Source: Mobula hypostoma
Taxonomy: Eukaryota
Reading direction: 5' to 3'
Assembly: GCF_963921235.1 (NCBI RefSeq)
Contig: NC_086118.1
Coordinates: 29,576,001 to 29,640,000 of the forward strand
Length of the DNA: 64,000 bases
Below, in pieces: positions 1 to 13,601 of this stretch. Position 1 is the stretch's first letter; every line of letters starts with the position of its first letter. A program made the position numbers and the translations under genes. The notes beneath the pieces were generated by a model. It searched no databases and was not told the origin of the DNA. It was given only the letters and a program-made list of their open reading frames with translations.

Positions 1-224
1 CCTATATAGCTGCAACATTACCTCTCAGCTCTTAAACTCAACCCCACGACTGATGAGGGCCAATGCACCATATGCTTTCTTAACCACAGAGTCAACCTGC
101 ACAGCAGCTTTGAGTGTCCTATGGACTTGGACCACAAGATCCCTCTGATCCTCCACACTGCCAAGAGTCTTACCATTAATACCATATTCTGCCATCATAC
201 TTGACCTACCAAAATAAATCACCT
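1..224 (-). mobile_element. CR1-type LINE ORF2 fragment
   Basis: Minus ORF ...QVDSVVKKAYGALALISRGVEFKS, typical CR1 RT C-terminal region. Confidence 0.85.
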
Positions 225-969
225 CACACTGGTTTTCTCTTTGCTACTCTCCCATAAAGCTGCAACTGGAGAAACACCCAGGCAACAGTTGTTGTATGTG
301 CAGTCTCTCCCATCTCAGCCACTGAAACTTGTAACTCCTCTAGAGTTGTCATATGGCTCTTGGCGGCCTCCCTCACTAGTCCCCTTCTTGCATGATTACT
401 CAGTTTTTGAGAATGGCCTGTTCTAGGCAGTTGTGCCATATTCTTTCCATTTCTTAATGATTGACTAATTGTACTCCAAAGGATATTCAGACACTTGGAA
501 TTTTTCTTGCGTCCATCTCCTGACTTGTGCTTTTCAGTAACCTTTGGAGTGTTTTTTTGTCTTCATGAGGTAGTTTTTGCCAGGTACTGACTCACCAGCA
601 GTTGGACCTTCCAGACAGAGGTGTATTTTTCCTACAATCGGTTGAAAAACCTTGACAGCACATAGTTCTCCAAAAACAGATCTCCATTTATCTAATTATG
701 TGACTTCTAAGACCAATTGGCTGTACCAGTGATGATTTGGTGTGTCATATTAAAGGGAGGAGTATACTTTTGCAATCAATTATTTTGTGTTTTATATCTG
801 TAATTAATTCAGATCACTTTATAAAGATCTGTTTTCACTTTGACACAATAAAGTCTTTTTCTGTTGATCTGTGTCAAGAAAGCCAAATTAAACCCACTGT
901 GATTCAATGTCGTAAAACAATAAAACAAGAAAACTTTGGGGCGGGGGTGAATACTTTTTATAGGCACTG
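225..969 (-). mobile_element. Tc1/mariner transposon 5' half (truncated by CR1)
   Basis: Transposase remnant LPRTGHSQKLSNHARRGLVREAAK...LYGRVAKRKP; terminus ...ATAGGCACTG followed by TA at 970-971. Confidence 0.85.
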
Positions 970-1072
970 TATGCCACAAATAACCTGGTAAGCAAATGCC
1001 TTTCTGCTTTCAACAACACATGCCAAATGATGCTTTAAAAACAAGGAATCTCACTTAGTGCAGGTGATAGAA

Positions 1073-1490
1073 TCATAGAGTCATGCAACATGGAAACAAA
1101 TCCTTCAACCCAACTCATCCATGCCTCCTTGAGCTAGTCTCATTTGCCTTTATTTTATATATCTAAACCTGACAGTCTTGATGCTGGTTTTCAAATGTTG
1201 ACAGTTTCTTTCCTTTCATTGATGCTGCTCGACCCATTGAGTTCCTCCAGATCTGTGTTTGTCGCTCCAGTTTCCAACATCTGCAGTCTCTTCTGTCTCT
1301 CTCTAAACCTTTCCAATCCTTGTGTGTGTCCATATGTCTTTTAAACATTATAATTGTACCTATCTCTACCACTTGGTCTGGCAGCGCATTCCATGTACCC
1401 ATTACTCTCAATGTGAAAAACTTGCCTCTAAGCTCCTCTTCTCAACTTTAACCAATGGTTTCTAGGATTAGATCCCCCTACTGTGGGAGA
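1073..1490 (-). mobile_element. CR1 3' fragment interrupted by a Penelope-type short repeat (~1165-1300)
   Basis: Minus frame WNALPDQVVE; internal GATGCTGCTCGACC...CCTCCAG repeat. Confidence 0.7.
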
Positions 1491-3769
1491 AAGATACTTA
1501 TTACTTCCAGCACAACTTGCCCAGAGCTGCTGGATTCCTCCTAGGGATATTCTCCCCCATGCATGTCTTTATTAAAGTTCTAGAAAAAGTAGTTTGTTGG
1601 ATAGAAAGCAACATTGTGAGCACTGAATGCAAGAAACCAGACTGGAGCTAAGTGGGTAGTTGCCAAGCAGTAGTAATGGTTTGAATGATGAGGCCGGAAC
1701 ACAGAGCTCGACAAGAGCAAGCTGTGCCCATTGGGTAGCAAGACTGAGTCCCCAGCCTTCATTCGTACTACCACTAATATCCAGAATTGTTTCATTACTA
1801 TTTAAATAAGCAAATAAATTGCATGAACATATTTAAAAATTTATGTAAAACATTTATATAATTAACATTTATACTTGTATTTATAGTAAATACAAATAAT
1901 TAAAAGAAATGTAATTTATTATTGTTTTTCTTTTTCAAAGTTTCAACAGGGACTTTTTAAGTTGATTGCTTTAGAAAATATATTGAAAATCTAACGATTA
2001 AAGGCATAATGCAAAAACCTTTTAGGAAATTACCAGATCAAAGCAACTGCTTAGCAAATTTTCGGGCTTTTAAAAATTACCATTTTGTGGATGTGGACTG
2101 TAATTCCTTCAGTATCCATTTTAATGTTTTGGCAATTTTACTAAGTTTAATATGTTCAATATCTGGTTGAAATGCATACATAGATTCTATATTGTGCAAT
2201 CTGTAAAATATTTAAATGTTATAAAAGAAGTTGTGTTTTTCCTTCATATTTGTCTGATTCCAAACTTTCTTCAATGTGATTTTCTGCTCGGCCAAGTTAA
2301 TAGCATCGAGGTTGCTGGTCTCCTGATATCCTATAGAACTAAGCGCTGACAGCAAACAGTTGCAGAAATGGGCAGGTCCCTGCCACAAAGGATTTTTGCT
2401 CTTATTGCCCAACTCTCTTTAAGACCAATGAGAAGTTGCCTGGTTTCAACTAAGTCAACTAATGTCAGTTTATGGTATCGCCATTGCTACTTGGTATTCA
2501 AATGATATAAAATCAAATTTATTGCTGGAGTAATGTTATATTTTCTATATTTAACTTTGTGAAATAATAAATATATTAAGATGAAAAGTAAGCTAATTCT
2601 TCCCTTATTAAATATAGCAGAGAGTAAAATAGCTGCAGCTATTTGAGTTTGCTGAAGATACACTCTAAGCTTTGCAAAGAACCTTTTCAAAACACATTAA
2701 CTAGGATTTATTATATTTCAGATATAAATACTGAAGATATGAGATCAATTCTGAGTACTATTTATATATATTTGAATTGGAACTTAACAACACTCATAAG
2801 AGTACAAAATTAATTTGGTTCAGGGTAGGGAGATTCATTTCTTCCAAAAGTCTTTTTATTAATTTTGAAGTACTCATGCCTAAAGCACCAAAATAATGAG
2901 TTCAATTAAGCTTACATACCAAAAACATAAAATGAGAACTTTGCATTTTACTTGATTTTTTTTTTACAATTAAGCCAGGAGTACAAAAATTAAAAGGAAT
3001 TTATCTTTCTTCAACAGTGCACCTTGAATTTACACATTGAAGTAAAATTAATCCTTACTTTCACATCTTGAGTTTAAACCTTGAAATCAATAGCCTCAAT
3101 TATATTTTAAATGCAAAACTATGTCAAACATTTTGGAGAAATAGCCAGTCTCAAGAATTCACGTTGAGTTTCATAACACTGGATTGTGAAATCTCATCAT
3201 AAGCTGATGCAATACATAAAAGCAAATTTTGTAGCTGTTCGATAGTCTTTAAATTTTATCAGGTGAGGTATACTCATAATCAGAGGGAAACCTTAAGAGA
3301 GCCACCATCTGTTTTGCTGCTGGCTATTACTAAACGGAGCTGGAAATAAAAATTGAATGTCAGGATCAACTTAGACTTTATTTATTCTTGCTGTTACATA
3401 TCTAGGAAAAATAACCCAAGCAGGTTTCAAATTTTACCTTCCTTTGACTGCGGGTGGAATGCATTAGTATTTATTCAAAATTCTAACAAACAGCGAGCTG
3501 ACTTTCCTCCTCTGTATTTTCAAATGTTATCCAGTATGGTTCAAGGCACTGAAACTGAAATTAGCACCAGCTGAGTGTCACTAGAATCATAAATTAAATC
3601 TTAGCCGCAATTGGTGAAAGTTCTGACCAATGTAGGAACATGCACAGGAATTTGAAAGTGACTGCAATCTAACGTTTAACACTGCTTACATTACTTCAAT
3701 TATTTTGGTTAATTTAACTTTATTCTTTCTTCAATCCAGTTCTGCCAACAATTTTAAAATTTAAAAGAG

Positions 3770-5505
3770 TTTGCTCTGCCATTTCATCATGGCTGATCCA
3801 ATTTTCCTCTTGGCACCAATCTCCTGCCTTCTTCCTGTATCCCTCCATGCCCTGACCAATTAATAATATATCAATCTCTGCCTTAAATATAATTAAAGAC
3901 TTGACCTCCATAGTTACCTATGGCAACAAATTCCACAGATTCTCCACTCTCTGGCTAAAGAAATTTCTCCTCATCTCCGTTCAAAAAGGATGCCCCTCTA
4001 TTCTGAGGCTGCATCCTCTGGTCTTAGACTCTCCCACCATAGGAAATATCCTCTCCACATCCACTCTATCAAGGCCTTTCATCATTCGATAGGTTTCAAT
4101 GAGGTCACCCCTCATTCTTCTGAATTCTAGTGAATAAAAGCCCAGGGTCATCAACGCTCTTCGTATGATACACTATTCAATTCTAGAATTATTTTCATGA
4201 ACCTCTTTGGAACTGTCTCCAGTTTCAGCACATCCTTTCTAAGATAAGGGGTCCAAAACTGCTCACAATACTCCAAGTGAGGCCTCACCAGTGTTTTATA
4301 AAGTTTCAACATTACATTCTTGCTTTTATATTCCAGACCTCTTGAAATGAATGCTAACATTGCATTTGCCTTCCTCACCACAGACTCAACCTGCAAATTA
4401 ACCTTTAGGGATCCCTGCACAAAGACTTCCAAGTCCCTTTGCACCTCAGATTTTTTTTTCATTTTCTCTCCATTTAGAAAATAGTCAATCCTTTCATTTC
4501 TTCCACCGAAGTCTATCTAATCCTAATCATGTCATTCTCCTAATCTGTCTAAGTCCTTCTGCAGCCTTTCTAATTCCTCAAAACTACATGCCCCTCCACC
4601 TATCTTCATATCATCTGCAAACTTTGCATCAAAGCCAGCAATTTCATCATCCAAATCATTGACATATAACGTAAAAAAGAATCGTTCCCTACACAGATGG
4701 CTGTGTAACACCACTAGTCACCTGCCACCACTCAGAAAAGTTTATCTCTTTAGTCTGACTCTTTGCCTCATGCTAATCAGCCACTGCTTTATACATACTA
4801 CAATCTTTCCTATAATAACATGGGCTTGTAGCTTGTTAAGCAGTCCCATGTGTGGCACCTTGTCAAAAACCTTCTGAAAATCCAAGTACACAATATCAAC
4901 TGATTTTCCTTTGTCTATCCTGATTGTTACTTCTACAAAGAATTCCAACAGATTTGTCAAGCAAGATTTTCCCTTGAGGAAACCATGCTGACTATGGCCT
5001 ATGTTATCATGTGCCTCCAAGTACCCTGAGATCTTATCCTTAATAATCGACTCCAACATCTTCCCAACCACTGAGTTCAGAGTAACTGGCCTATAATTTC
5101 CTTTCTTCTGTCTCTCTCCCTTCTTCAAGATGGAATGGCACTTGCATTTTTTCAATCTTCTGGAACCATTCCAGAATCCAGAGATTCTTGAAAGATTATT
5201 ACTAATGCCTCCACAATCTTTTCAGCCACCTCTTTCGGCACTCTGGGCTGTACACCATATGGTCCAGGTGACTTGCTGTATCTAACTTCGAATCTTTCAG
5301 TTTCTCAGGAACCTTCTCTCTAGTTGTGGTAAGTTCATACACTTCATGATGACCCCTGACATCGCAAACCTCCACCATTCTGCTAGTGTCTTCCACAGTG
5401 AAGACTGATGCAAAATACTTATTCAGATCACCTGCTATTTCTTTGCCCCCCATTATTACCTCTCCAGCACTGTTTTCCAGAGGTCTGATATCCATTCTCA
5501 CCTCT
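3770..5505 (-). mobile_element. CR1 LINE ORF2 (RT) decayed copy
   Basis: Minus ORFs NYRPVTLNSVVGKMLE, QHGFLKGKSCLTNL, VYLDFQKVFDKVPH, KFADDMKIGG, LVRPHLEYC; CR1 3' tail near 3770-3830. Confidence 0.92.
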
Positions 5506-6185
5506 CTTTTGGTGAAGTTGTGTAAAAATTGGGCATCCATATTGAAAATGAAGCAGTGGGGGTCCAAGGAATTGGGAGTTTTCAGACTGGTTGAGTGGGT
5601 GTGAAATGTTCCTGATGTAGATGGAAAGGAACAGAACAAAAAAAAAAGATTGGACAGAGTCAAGGTATGAATTGAAACGTCCAGTAGGGCAAGGGCAGGC
5701 AGAAGCAATGAGCCTACCAGGACCTTCTTGTTTCTGGATCTTGGAAGCTGGAAGTGCAGGTTGGAGGTTATGGGGGTGGGTGGGTGGGTGTTGCAGAGAT
5801 TGGTGATGGTGGCAGATCTCCAGGTGTAATGAGATCTGTGATGGTATAGGTGACAGCCCGATGCTCGTTTGAGGAGTCACAATCCAGGAACAGGCATGAG
5901 GAAGTGTTCAAGAATTGTGATCAGGCTCTGCAAATTAAAGGTTATATTGATAGACGACAACAGCACCACCCTTGTCTGAGGGTCTGATGACAAGAGTAGA
6001 GTTGGTGCAGAGTGAATGGAGTGCTGGGTGTTCAGACAAGGTGAGGTTTGAGTGGGTGAGGGGAGTGGAGAAACTGAGGCAATTGATATCACGATGGAAA
6101 TGTCAAGATGGGGTAAAAGGTGCAAAGATCATGTGGAAGAGGATGGGGAGTATTGGAGATGCAAAAAAGGTCATCAGTGGGATGT
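5506..6185 (-). mobile_element. Penelope-like element RT remnant
   Basis: Minus frame KIQKQEGPGRLIASACPCPTGRFNSYLDS resembles the PLE RT motif KIHK...GRPIVSAC.CPT..IS.YLD; interrupted by the solo LTR at 6191. Confidence 0.6.
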
Positions 6186-6190
6186 GTGGA

Positions 6191-7408
6191 TGCCATGGTC
6201 CAGTCTGTGAAGTCCGCATTCCGGTTCACAGTCCGGTCCATGGACTCAGGACTCCGGGTCTTCCAGCTGTCCCTTGTTTGACTAAATCAAAGGCACCTGA
6301 TTCCCATCTTTGAGCTGGCAATATAAGTAGCCTTGGGATTGAGTGTGGACTGCTGGTTTGTCTCTCTTGGAGTAACCTGCTGGTAGAAGGCTAGAGCAGC
6401 CAATTGCCATCTTTAGGCTGTTTTGGGGAACCATCCCCAAATGGAGCCTTGCTGTCAGTAGTCTGAGCTGTCTTTGCAGTATGGATTCGGCTGTTTCCCG
6501 GGCCAGCTGAGTAGCTGCCAGCCACTCCTTGCTACATAGGGATCTGGCAGTTTCCATAGCCAGCTGAGGTTGCTAGCCGAACTGAGACTTGGAGCTACCC
6601 TGGAGCAGAGATGGAACTGTCTGTTGTTCTTTGGTGTTTGTCTTTTCTTGTCCTCACCTCTGGGGTAAGTCAGGCCGTCTTGCTGTTGCCCTGCGGTGGG
6701 GGGGGGGGGAGGGTGGTCATGTCTTGTCTTTGCCTCTGTTGGGTTAGTCTGGCTGTCCTGCCATTACCCAACAGGTGGACCTGTCCCACCTTGGTGTGGA
6801 GATGAAGTCGAGTCCTGGCTTGTTGTAGGATAAGTCCCGGCTCTATGTAGATGTTCAGTTCCCCGTCTCTCTCAGCTCCAGCCTCTGAGTTATCAGCCTT
6901 GAGGATCCCGAGCCAAGCTCCAAGAACTCAAGCCTCAAGGATCATGAGCCAAGCTCCAAGAACCTGAGCCTTGAGGATCCCTAGCCAAGCTCAAGACCCA
7001 AGACTCCAGCCTGCAGTCAAGCTCTAGACCCAGGACCCCATGCCTCAAGAATCCCAAGTCAAGCTCAAGAACCAGGATGCCAAGCTCAAGCCTTGAGGAT
7101 CCCAAGCCAAACTCAAGACCCAAGACCCCAAGCCTTGAACCATGTCATGTCCTTGCCTGGTTCTGGAGTCTGAGCCCGAGGCAAGACCCAGGTTCTGGGT
7201 CCTTGTCCAGTCTTGGGCTCGGAGTCCATGCCTTGTCTCCTAGTCCATGGTTCCTAGTCCTGGTCCTGCTTTCCCTAGCCCAACTCTGCGTTCTTGTCCC
7301 TGCTCCTTGCCTGAATTCTGTCACGTCCCTACTCTAGTCAAGCCCTGTTCCTTGTACTTCAGTGTCTGTCTCTTGCATTTGGGTCAGTTCCTGGCACCCC
7401 TTGTGACA
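6191..7408 (+). mobile_element. Solo LTR (~1.2 kb, Gypsy-like) with internal tandem repeats
   Basis: Begins TGCCATGG, ends TGTGACA; flanked by GTGGA (6186-6190) and GCGGA (7409-7413), a 5-bp TSD with one CpG transition; TATA-like ATATAAG near 6320; degenerate tandem units GCCTTGAGGATCCCxAGCCAAGCTC at ~6895-7140. Confidence 0.75.
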
Positions 7409-7634
7409 GCGGAAGGCTTGCCAAGTTAATAAGCATGGAAGACTCACAGGAAGAAGGCTCAGCTTCATAAGAGTTCTGACCTCTCATCTTTTTTCCCAGT
7501 CCTGATGAAGGGTCTCAGCCTGGAACATCGACTCTTTTCTCTTTTCCATAGATGCTGCCTGACCTGCCAAGGTCCTCCAGTATTTTGTGTGTGTTGCTCG
7601 GATTTCCAGAATCTACAGATTTTCTTTTGAATGC

Positions 7635-8420
7635 AAGTTTATTGCGGAGCTTAGGAGGAATGATAGCACTTAACAGCGACTCCTTCGCTTGCATCTTTGG
7701 AAACAGCTCTGTTCCTAGCTTTAATATCTTTATTTTTCCCCTTCAGGGTACTTTTGAAGACCCTGACCTGGAGTTGCATGCAGGCTTTGGTTCTTTGCGG
7801 GAATGAGATCCGTTCTCAGGGTTCCATGACTGGCCGCTATTCGACATGCCAAGGGTTTGGCCTGAGAATCTCGATCATGTTCAGAAGCCTAAGATCTCGG
7901 GGCCCTGGAGGTGGGCGGATCAAAGATCGGTGTCATGGCAGGAGATGCATGTATTGTTGGGGAGGCCGGAAAATCTTTTGCTGTGGGCCCAAAGACCTGA
8001 GGTCTTTGCGATCTTCAGACACAGAGCTCGAAAAAAGCGATGAAACAGATTTCTTACATCATAAACCAGCAGGTTGTTATGTCTCCTGCTCGCTGTGAAA
8101 ATGGGGGATACCTCCCTCTCCCTGGCCCGGGAGAGAACCTGTGGTTTGTCAAATTTCAGATGAAATGTAAAGCTTTTGGGGTAACTTTGGTCTGTGTCTT
8201 TGCTATTGCTTAGCACACACTTGGGCTCAGTGATGGTACCGATGCACATTTATTACGTGTGGGAGGGGGGAGCTGAGGGGACTTTGGGGGTCTCACGTTT
8301 AACTGTTGTTCATTCTTTGGGGCACTTCTGTTTTCATGGAAGCTTGTGAAGAGAAAGCATTTTCAGGATGTATATTGTATATATTTCTCTGACATTAAAT
8401 TTGACCTTTGAACCTTTGAA
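7635..8420 (+). mobile_element. Non-autonomous retroelement (~780 bp) with (CCTTTGAA)n tail; same family as 44450-45208
   Basis: Collinear similarity to 44450-45208; ends ATTAAA...CCTTTGAACCTTTGAA. Confidence 0.7.
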
Positions 8421-9255
8421 GACTGTAGAGTTTTAATCTTTCTCTGAAAGGAGCAGTAGTCAAATGTCTCTCCAAACAGTTCTGTTCCAATCAATTACCA
8501 GCAAACGTGCATGGTAGGGAAGATCCATTGAATAGTAAAGATGGGGGGTCTGCAAAACACATGATCTCTTATGTACAATAAACACAGGGTATTAACTAGA
8601 GAATTACAAACCATCTTAGTGTTGACATTCAATTGGTATTACAGAGAGGTCTACCTGCTGTCTGCCACAAGAAACACCATCACCAACATCAGGAGGGCCT
8701 TTAATTAATTGAACAAGCTCTCAGACCAGTCACTAAACTCATGGTTTACTAGAGAGCAGAGCTACCATATGTTTCTGAGACTTGAATTGCTGACATCAGA
8801 CTCCATGAGAAAAATACCATTATCGCTGCCTCCCCAAAATCCTCCAGATTCACTGGAATGCTAAAACCCTGAGATACATTGCAAAATTGTAATTAGTTGT
8901 TGCAATGCTTGGATGTCAAAATGTCAACATTTATAGAAGAACTAAAATTTGAAAGAAATGCATAATTTCTAGGCAGTCATGTAGTCATACAAAATGGATG
9001 TATCACCTTAGTTCAAGGAGTATGGTAATCATAGCAGTGGCAATAAATTAGGAAAAAGCAAAGAGATAAAAGGAAAGGGAATCTGAGGGGTAATGCCTTC
9101 ACTCAGAGGCTGGTGATAGTTGGAACGAGCTGCCAGTGGAAGTGGTGAACGCAGGTTCAATTGCAAAATTTAAGAGAAGCTTGGGTACGTACATGGCTGG
9201 GAGGGTTATGGAGTGCTGTGCTCCAGGTGAAGGTTGTTGGGACTAGGCAGAATAA

Positions 9256-9368
9256 CAAACAAGAGAAAACCTGCAGATGCTGGAAATCCGAGCCACACAC
9301 AGAAAATGCTGGAAGAACTCAGCAGACCAGGCAGCATCCATGGAAAAGAGTAAACGGTCGACATTTCA
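9256..9368 (-). mobile_element. Short Penelope-type repeat with TSD, inserted in a CR1 3' fragment (~9070-9440, +)
   Basis: TSD AGGCAGAATAA at 9245-9255 and 9369-9379. Confidence 0.8.
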
Positions 9369-12300
9369 AGGCAGAATAATAGTTGGGCACACACAAGATG
9401 GGCCAAAGATCCTGTTTCTGTGCTGCACCTCCATGACTCTAGGATTATATTAAAAAACTACTAATTTTAATATCTCCTTTAATGATTATCTACAGAAAGC
9501 ATCAAATGCAGAAGTACTTTTTTCTCTAAACTATGTAAAATAGTCATATTAATGGTAAAAAGCAGTGATATAGAACCCTTTTAAAGCCTTTAAATAAATG
9601 TTCCATTGAGATGCATTCTTTTTTTCTATGCCTTTTCCTTTGCAACCTTCCTGAAGTCACAAGATTTGCTTGTATACAGCTTTTTGGGATTGGCAAAAAG
9701 GATTGGTTGATCATTTAACTGTTTTGTTTTTATTTGATCTTCCTGAATGTACACTTTCCAACAGAGGTTAATAGATAGCAATCAGGAACAGGAACAATGA
9801 GTAATTTCCTCCTCTCTACTTCATTGTTAGCTTTGCTACAATTGCCGTGCAATTAATTATCTCTAGACAGTTTAGACTCTTAACTTGAACTTTTATATCT
9901 TTAAGGCTCAGTGTAAATCTATTTGATGCTTTATCAAAAAGGTTAACAAGAATGTGGATTGTATATTTTTATAAAATACAATAAATAATATTTGGATGTA
10001 ATTACTTTTAAGGTTTATTTTAAAAATTATAATTGCTATAATAACGACTTCACTTGATCTTGTAATTAATCTAAACACCTTCAAAATAAACCTTACAAAA
10101 TTCAAAATATACAGCTAAAATTCCAGTTATCTGTGCAGAAGGTTTAATGGATTCACATGAAAATCATTTGAATGACAAAAATTTAGAAACTTTGCTCTTG
10201 AAATCTCTGGAGGCTCATTAAAAAATTGCTTCACTTATAATGATGACCTGGACATAAAAAGGAAAGCTCCACTGACTTGCCACGGCATCATGGGAGCTAT
10301 CAAGCATTCCACTATATCTTCATTTTTTATCAACTTTAGCAGATTTAAAGCATTACATCTCAGGAGGATATTGGGAAGTGTGTGTCTGAGAACTGCTAAA
10401 GGGAAATGAATCATACCTAATATTCAGAAGCTTTAGCAGTAATGCACAGTGCAGTAGGCAGAGGTGGATTAATTAGTGTCATGCTCATATTGTGGGCTGC
10501 ATTTGGTTACTGAGAGATTACCTATAATTTTATAAATGGCAATGATCGCCCAACCAAGTAAATCAAGACATTTGTGCAATCTATGCTCTCTGATTATGAA
10601 ACGTTCTGCATCAGATACAAAACACAGTGAGGATACAATTTTCTTTCATACCGAATCGCCTATTTGAATCAATCAAGTACTTAGATTGACATTTATAAAA
10701 TGAGCTCAAACATATAACTCAGGAATCACACAAACAGAGTCATAAACATGGAACAAAATACATTCAAATATCCTGTGTAAATTTGTATTGAGCAAGAACT
10801 TGATAGGTTTATTACATTGGCAGCATTTGGAAGCTACATCACGAGGAATTTTCTGTCCTTGAATTTTTAAAAAAGGATTTTGACGGTTCACTAGCTTCAA
10901 GGCAGCTGGAGGTGTTGTACTGGTGCCATGCGAAGCTTTAATGAAACTTATAACATGCAATAAGTGCAGACCCTTGAACAGTCTGCCATGGGATTTGGAT
11001 GGTTCGATACCATTATTATCTCAGGTAATTTATTCCAAGGCAAAATAATGAAATTTGGCAAATGAAATGTCAATTTAGTGAGAACATGTCAAAGATATAA
11101 AATTAGTTGGAGGATTTTAGAATATTATTTAACAGTGAATTGCATAAAACCCAGTATCTGAAGCAAATAAAATATTGGGATATAACATGAAGAATATGTA
11201 TGTAAATTTAAAATGAATATTCTGACACAGGATTTGGAGCAATATGTCAAATCTTGTTTAGATTTCATTCCAATAAGAGCTATTTCTGTTTATTGTTTAG
11301 TATTGTGGTTCATTTTTGTTTTTGATTCTTTTTACTAGATAGTGAAAGTATGTGAGATATACAAGTGCATTTAATTCGCATTGAAAAACATTATCAGCAT
11401 TCTGAGATACAAGACAGTCTTCTGCACATGAGGCCCAGTGCGCTACAGCTCAAACTAAAGCCTTGTTGCTGAGTATGAAGTGTTTAGATTGCATTCTCAG
11501 GTGGAAGTTCTTGCCAGATAGATTTGTTCAGCATTCAGTCATTGAACATTGAAAGCCTAATCAAAAGAATTCTATTAAAAACAACTCCAAAGGGTTGTTT
11601 GCTGATAATATAAGATTGAATATAATGAGGAAGTAATTAAGGATTAATTTTAATTTGAAGACATGATGTGGTTAATACCAACACCTTCTTCTTTGGCAAT
11701 TGCTTGAGATCAATGGTGACTTGTTTCACTGAGGAGAGAAAGGTAGCTGTGCATGATTCAATGGAATAATTGGAGACTAGGGCCTTCTGCATAGATATAG
11801 CACACAGAAGTACTGAAAGTACACTCTGATATACTCTGATTACCCACTAACCCTGAACACATTACACATATTTTATTTAATTCCTAGAAAAATTCCAATG
11901 TACTGATTAGGTCAGTTTTAACCTGATCTCTCACACTCTTTCAAAGCTTCACGTAATAATTTTTGTCAGATTGGCCTACAAGATTATATTGCCATAAAAT
12001 GAATGAATAGATAAAGATAGCTGTCACAGTGTTCCCTCAGAAGACTGAACCCAAGTGGGGAGGAACGGCAGGCTTTCTCTGTCATGGGGGTCGCTGGCAC
12101 TGACTCAACCCAGGAGCTGCGGACAGCAGGCTCACGTCTCATCCCAGGAGCGGAGGAACGGCAGAATCCCCATAAAGAAACAGAAATGACAGGTTAGACA
12201 TAGAACATAGAACAGTGCAGCACAGTACAGGCTCTTTGGCCCACAATGTTGTGCCGACCCTTAAACCCTGCCTCCCATATAACCCCCCACCTTAAATTCC

Positions 12301-12385
12301 TCCATATACCAACAGAGCCTCAGAGGAGCGAGTGAACAACACCGTGAGACAAGTCATTCTCTCCAACACAATGACCCCGCTAAGG

Positions 12386-13601
12386 CAGCAGTCCCGAACC
12401 ACTGGGCCGCGGACCAGTACCGGGCCACAAAGCATATGCTACCGGGCCGCGAGGAAGCAATATGATTTGGCGATATGAGTCAGATGCACCTTTCCTCATT
12501 CCCTGTCACGCCCACTGTTGAGCTTGAACGTGTGCAAGGTCATTGCGCGTGCGTCATCCATGTCAGCGCGGGAAGGAGATCAACACCTCAAGCTTGCAGA
12601 TGACGGCCGGCTGAAAAGTACGTTTGACATAACATCCCTGCCGGTATTCTGGATCAAAGTCAAGGCTGAATATCCTGAGATAGCCACGGAAGCACTGAAA
12701 ACGTTGCTTCCATTTCCAACATATCTCTGCAATGAATTCAACGAAAACTAAATTGCAGAATAGACTGGACATAAGGAACCTGCTTCAAGTATCGCTGTCT
12801 CCCATCACCCCTCAATGGCACCATCTTGTTGCAGGGAAACAAGCCCAGAGCTCTCACTGATTCAGTGATATTGGTGTGTTGCAATGATTTTATATGTTCA
12901 TACAGGGAAAATACATGCTGTGTGTTTAATATCCAAACATTACTTAAAATGTTATGATGCTATTGACCTATAAGTGGCTTATATAACCATATAACAATTA
13001 CAGCACGGAAACAGGCCATCTCGGCCCTTCTAGTCCATGCCGAACGCTACTCTCACCTAGTCCCACCGACCTGCACTCAGCCCATAACCCGCCATTCCTT
13101 TCCTGTCCATATATCTATCCAATTTTTCTTTAAATAATGATATCGAACCTGCCTCTACCACTTCTACTGGAAGTTCGTACAACACTTACTTCAAGCTCCC
13201 CTGTCCTCCCGATAATTGACTTATCACTATATTCATGCAAGGAAAATATACGCTGTGCGTTTAATATTAAATTCATTAAATAAACCCTTTTAGAAATTAA
13301 ATTGAGTGTATTAGCCACTTATTACCTATATTCCGGTCGTGATTAACAACCTTCCCCTTGAACAGAATCGCCAAAAACGATTTGTAGAAAAAAAATCAGC
13401 ACATACATGCATGCGCACACAGGTGCCCGTGCAAGGCTTCATGGTTATGGTAGTCTTTCTCCGGGTAAACAGAACATATTTGACTGCTACTCTTGTCCGT
13501 TGGCAACACTACCATCCCCACCCCCTCCAGGTCAGCCGATCCGCAAGAATATTGTCAATAATAAAGCGGTCCGCGGTGCAAAAAAAGGTTGGGGACCCCT
13601 G
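12386..13601 (+). mobile_element. hAT (Charlie/Buster-type) non-autonomous DNA transposon with transposase C-terminal remnant
   Basis: Perfect 8-bp TSD CGCTAAGG (12378-12385 and 13602-13609, nnnTAnnn); termini CAGCAGTCCCGAACC / GGTTGGGGACCCCTG; peptide SLPVFWIKVKAEYPEIATEALKTLLPFPTYLC...GKQAQSSH*; nested CR1 tail at ~12990-13180. Confidence 0.92.

Noticed and set aside
6895..7140. Repeat-spacer-like array resembling CRISPR
   Set aside because: Units are degenerate tandem repeats with no unique spacers, inside an LTR in vertebrate DNA; no cas genes.
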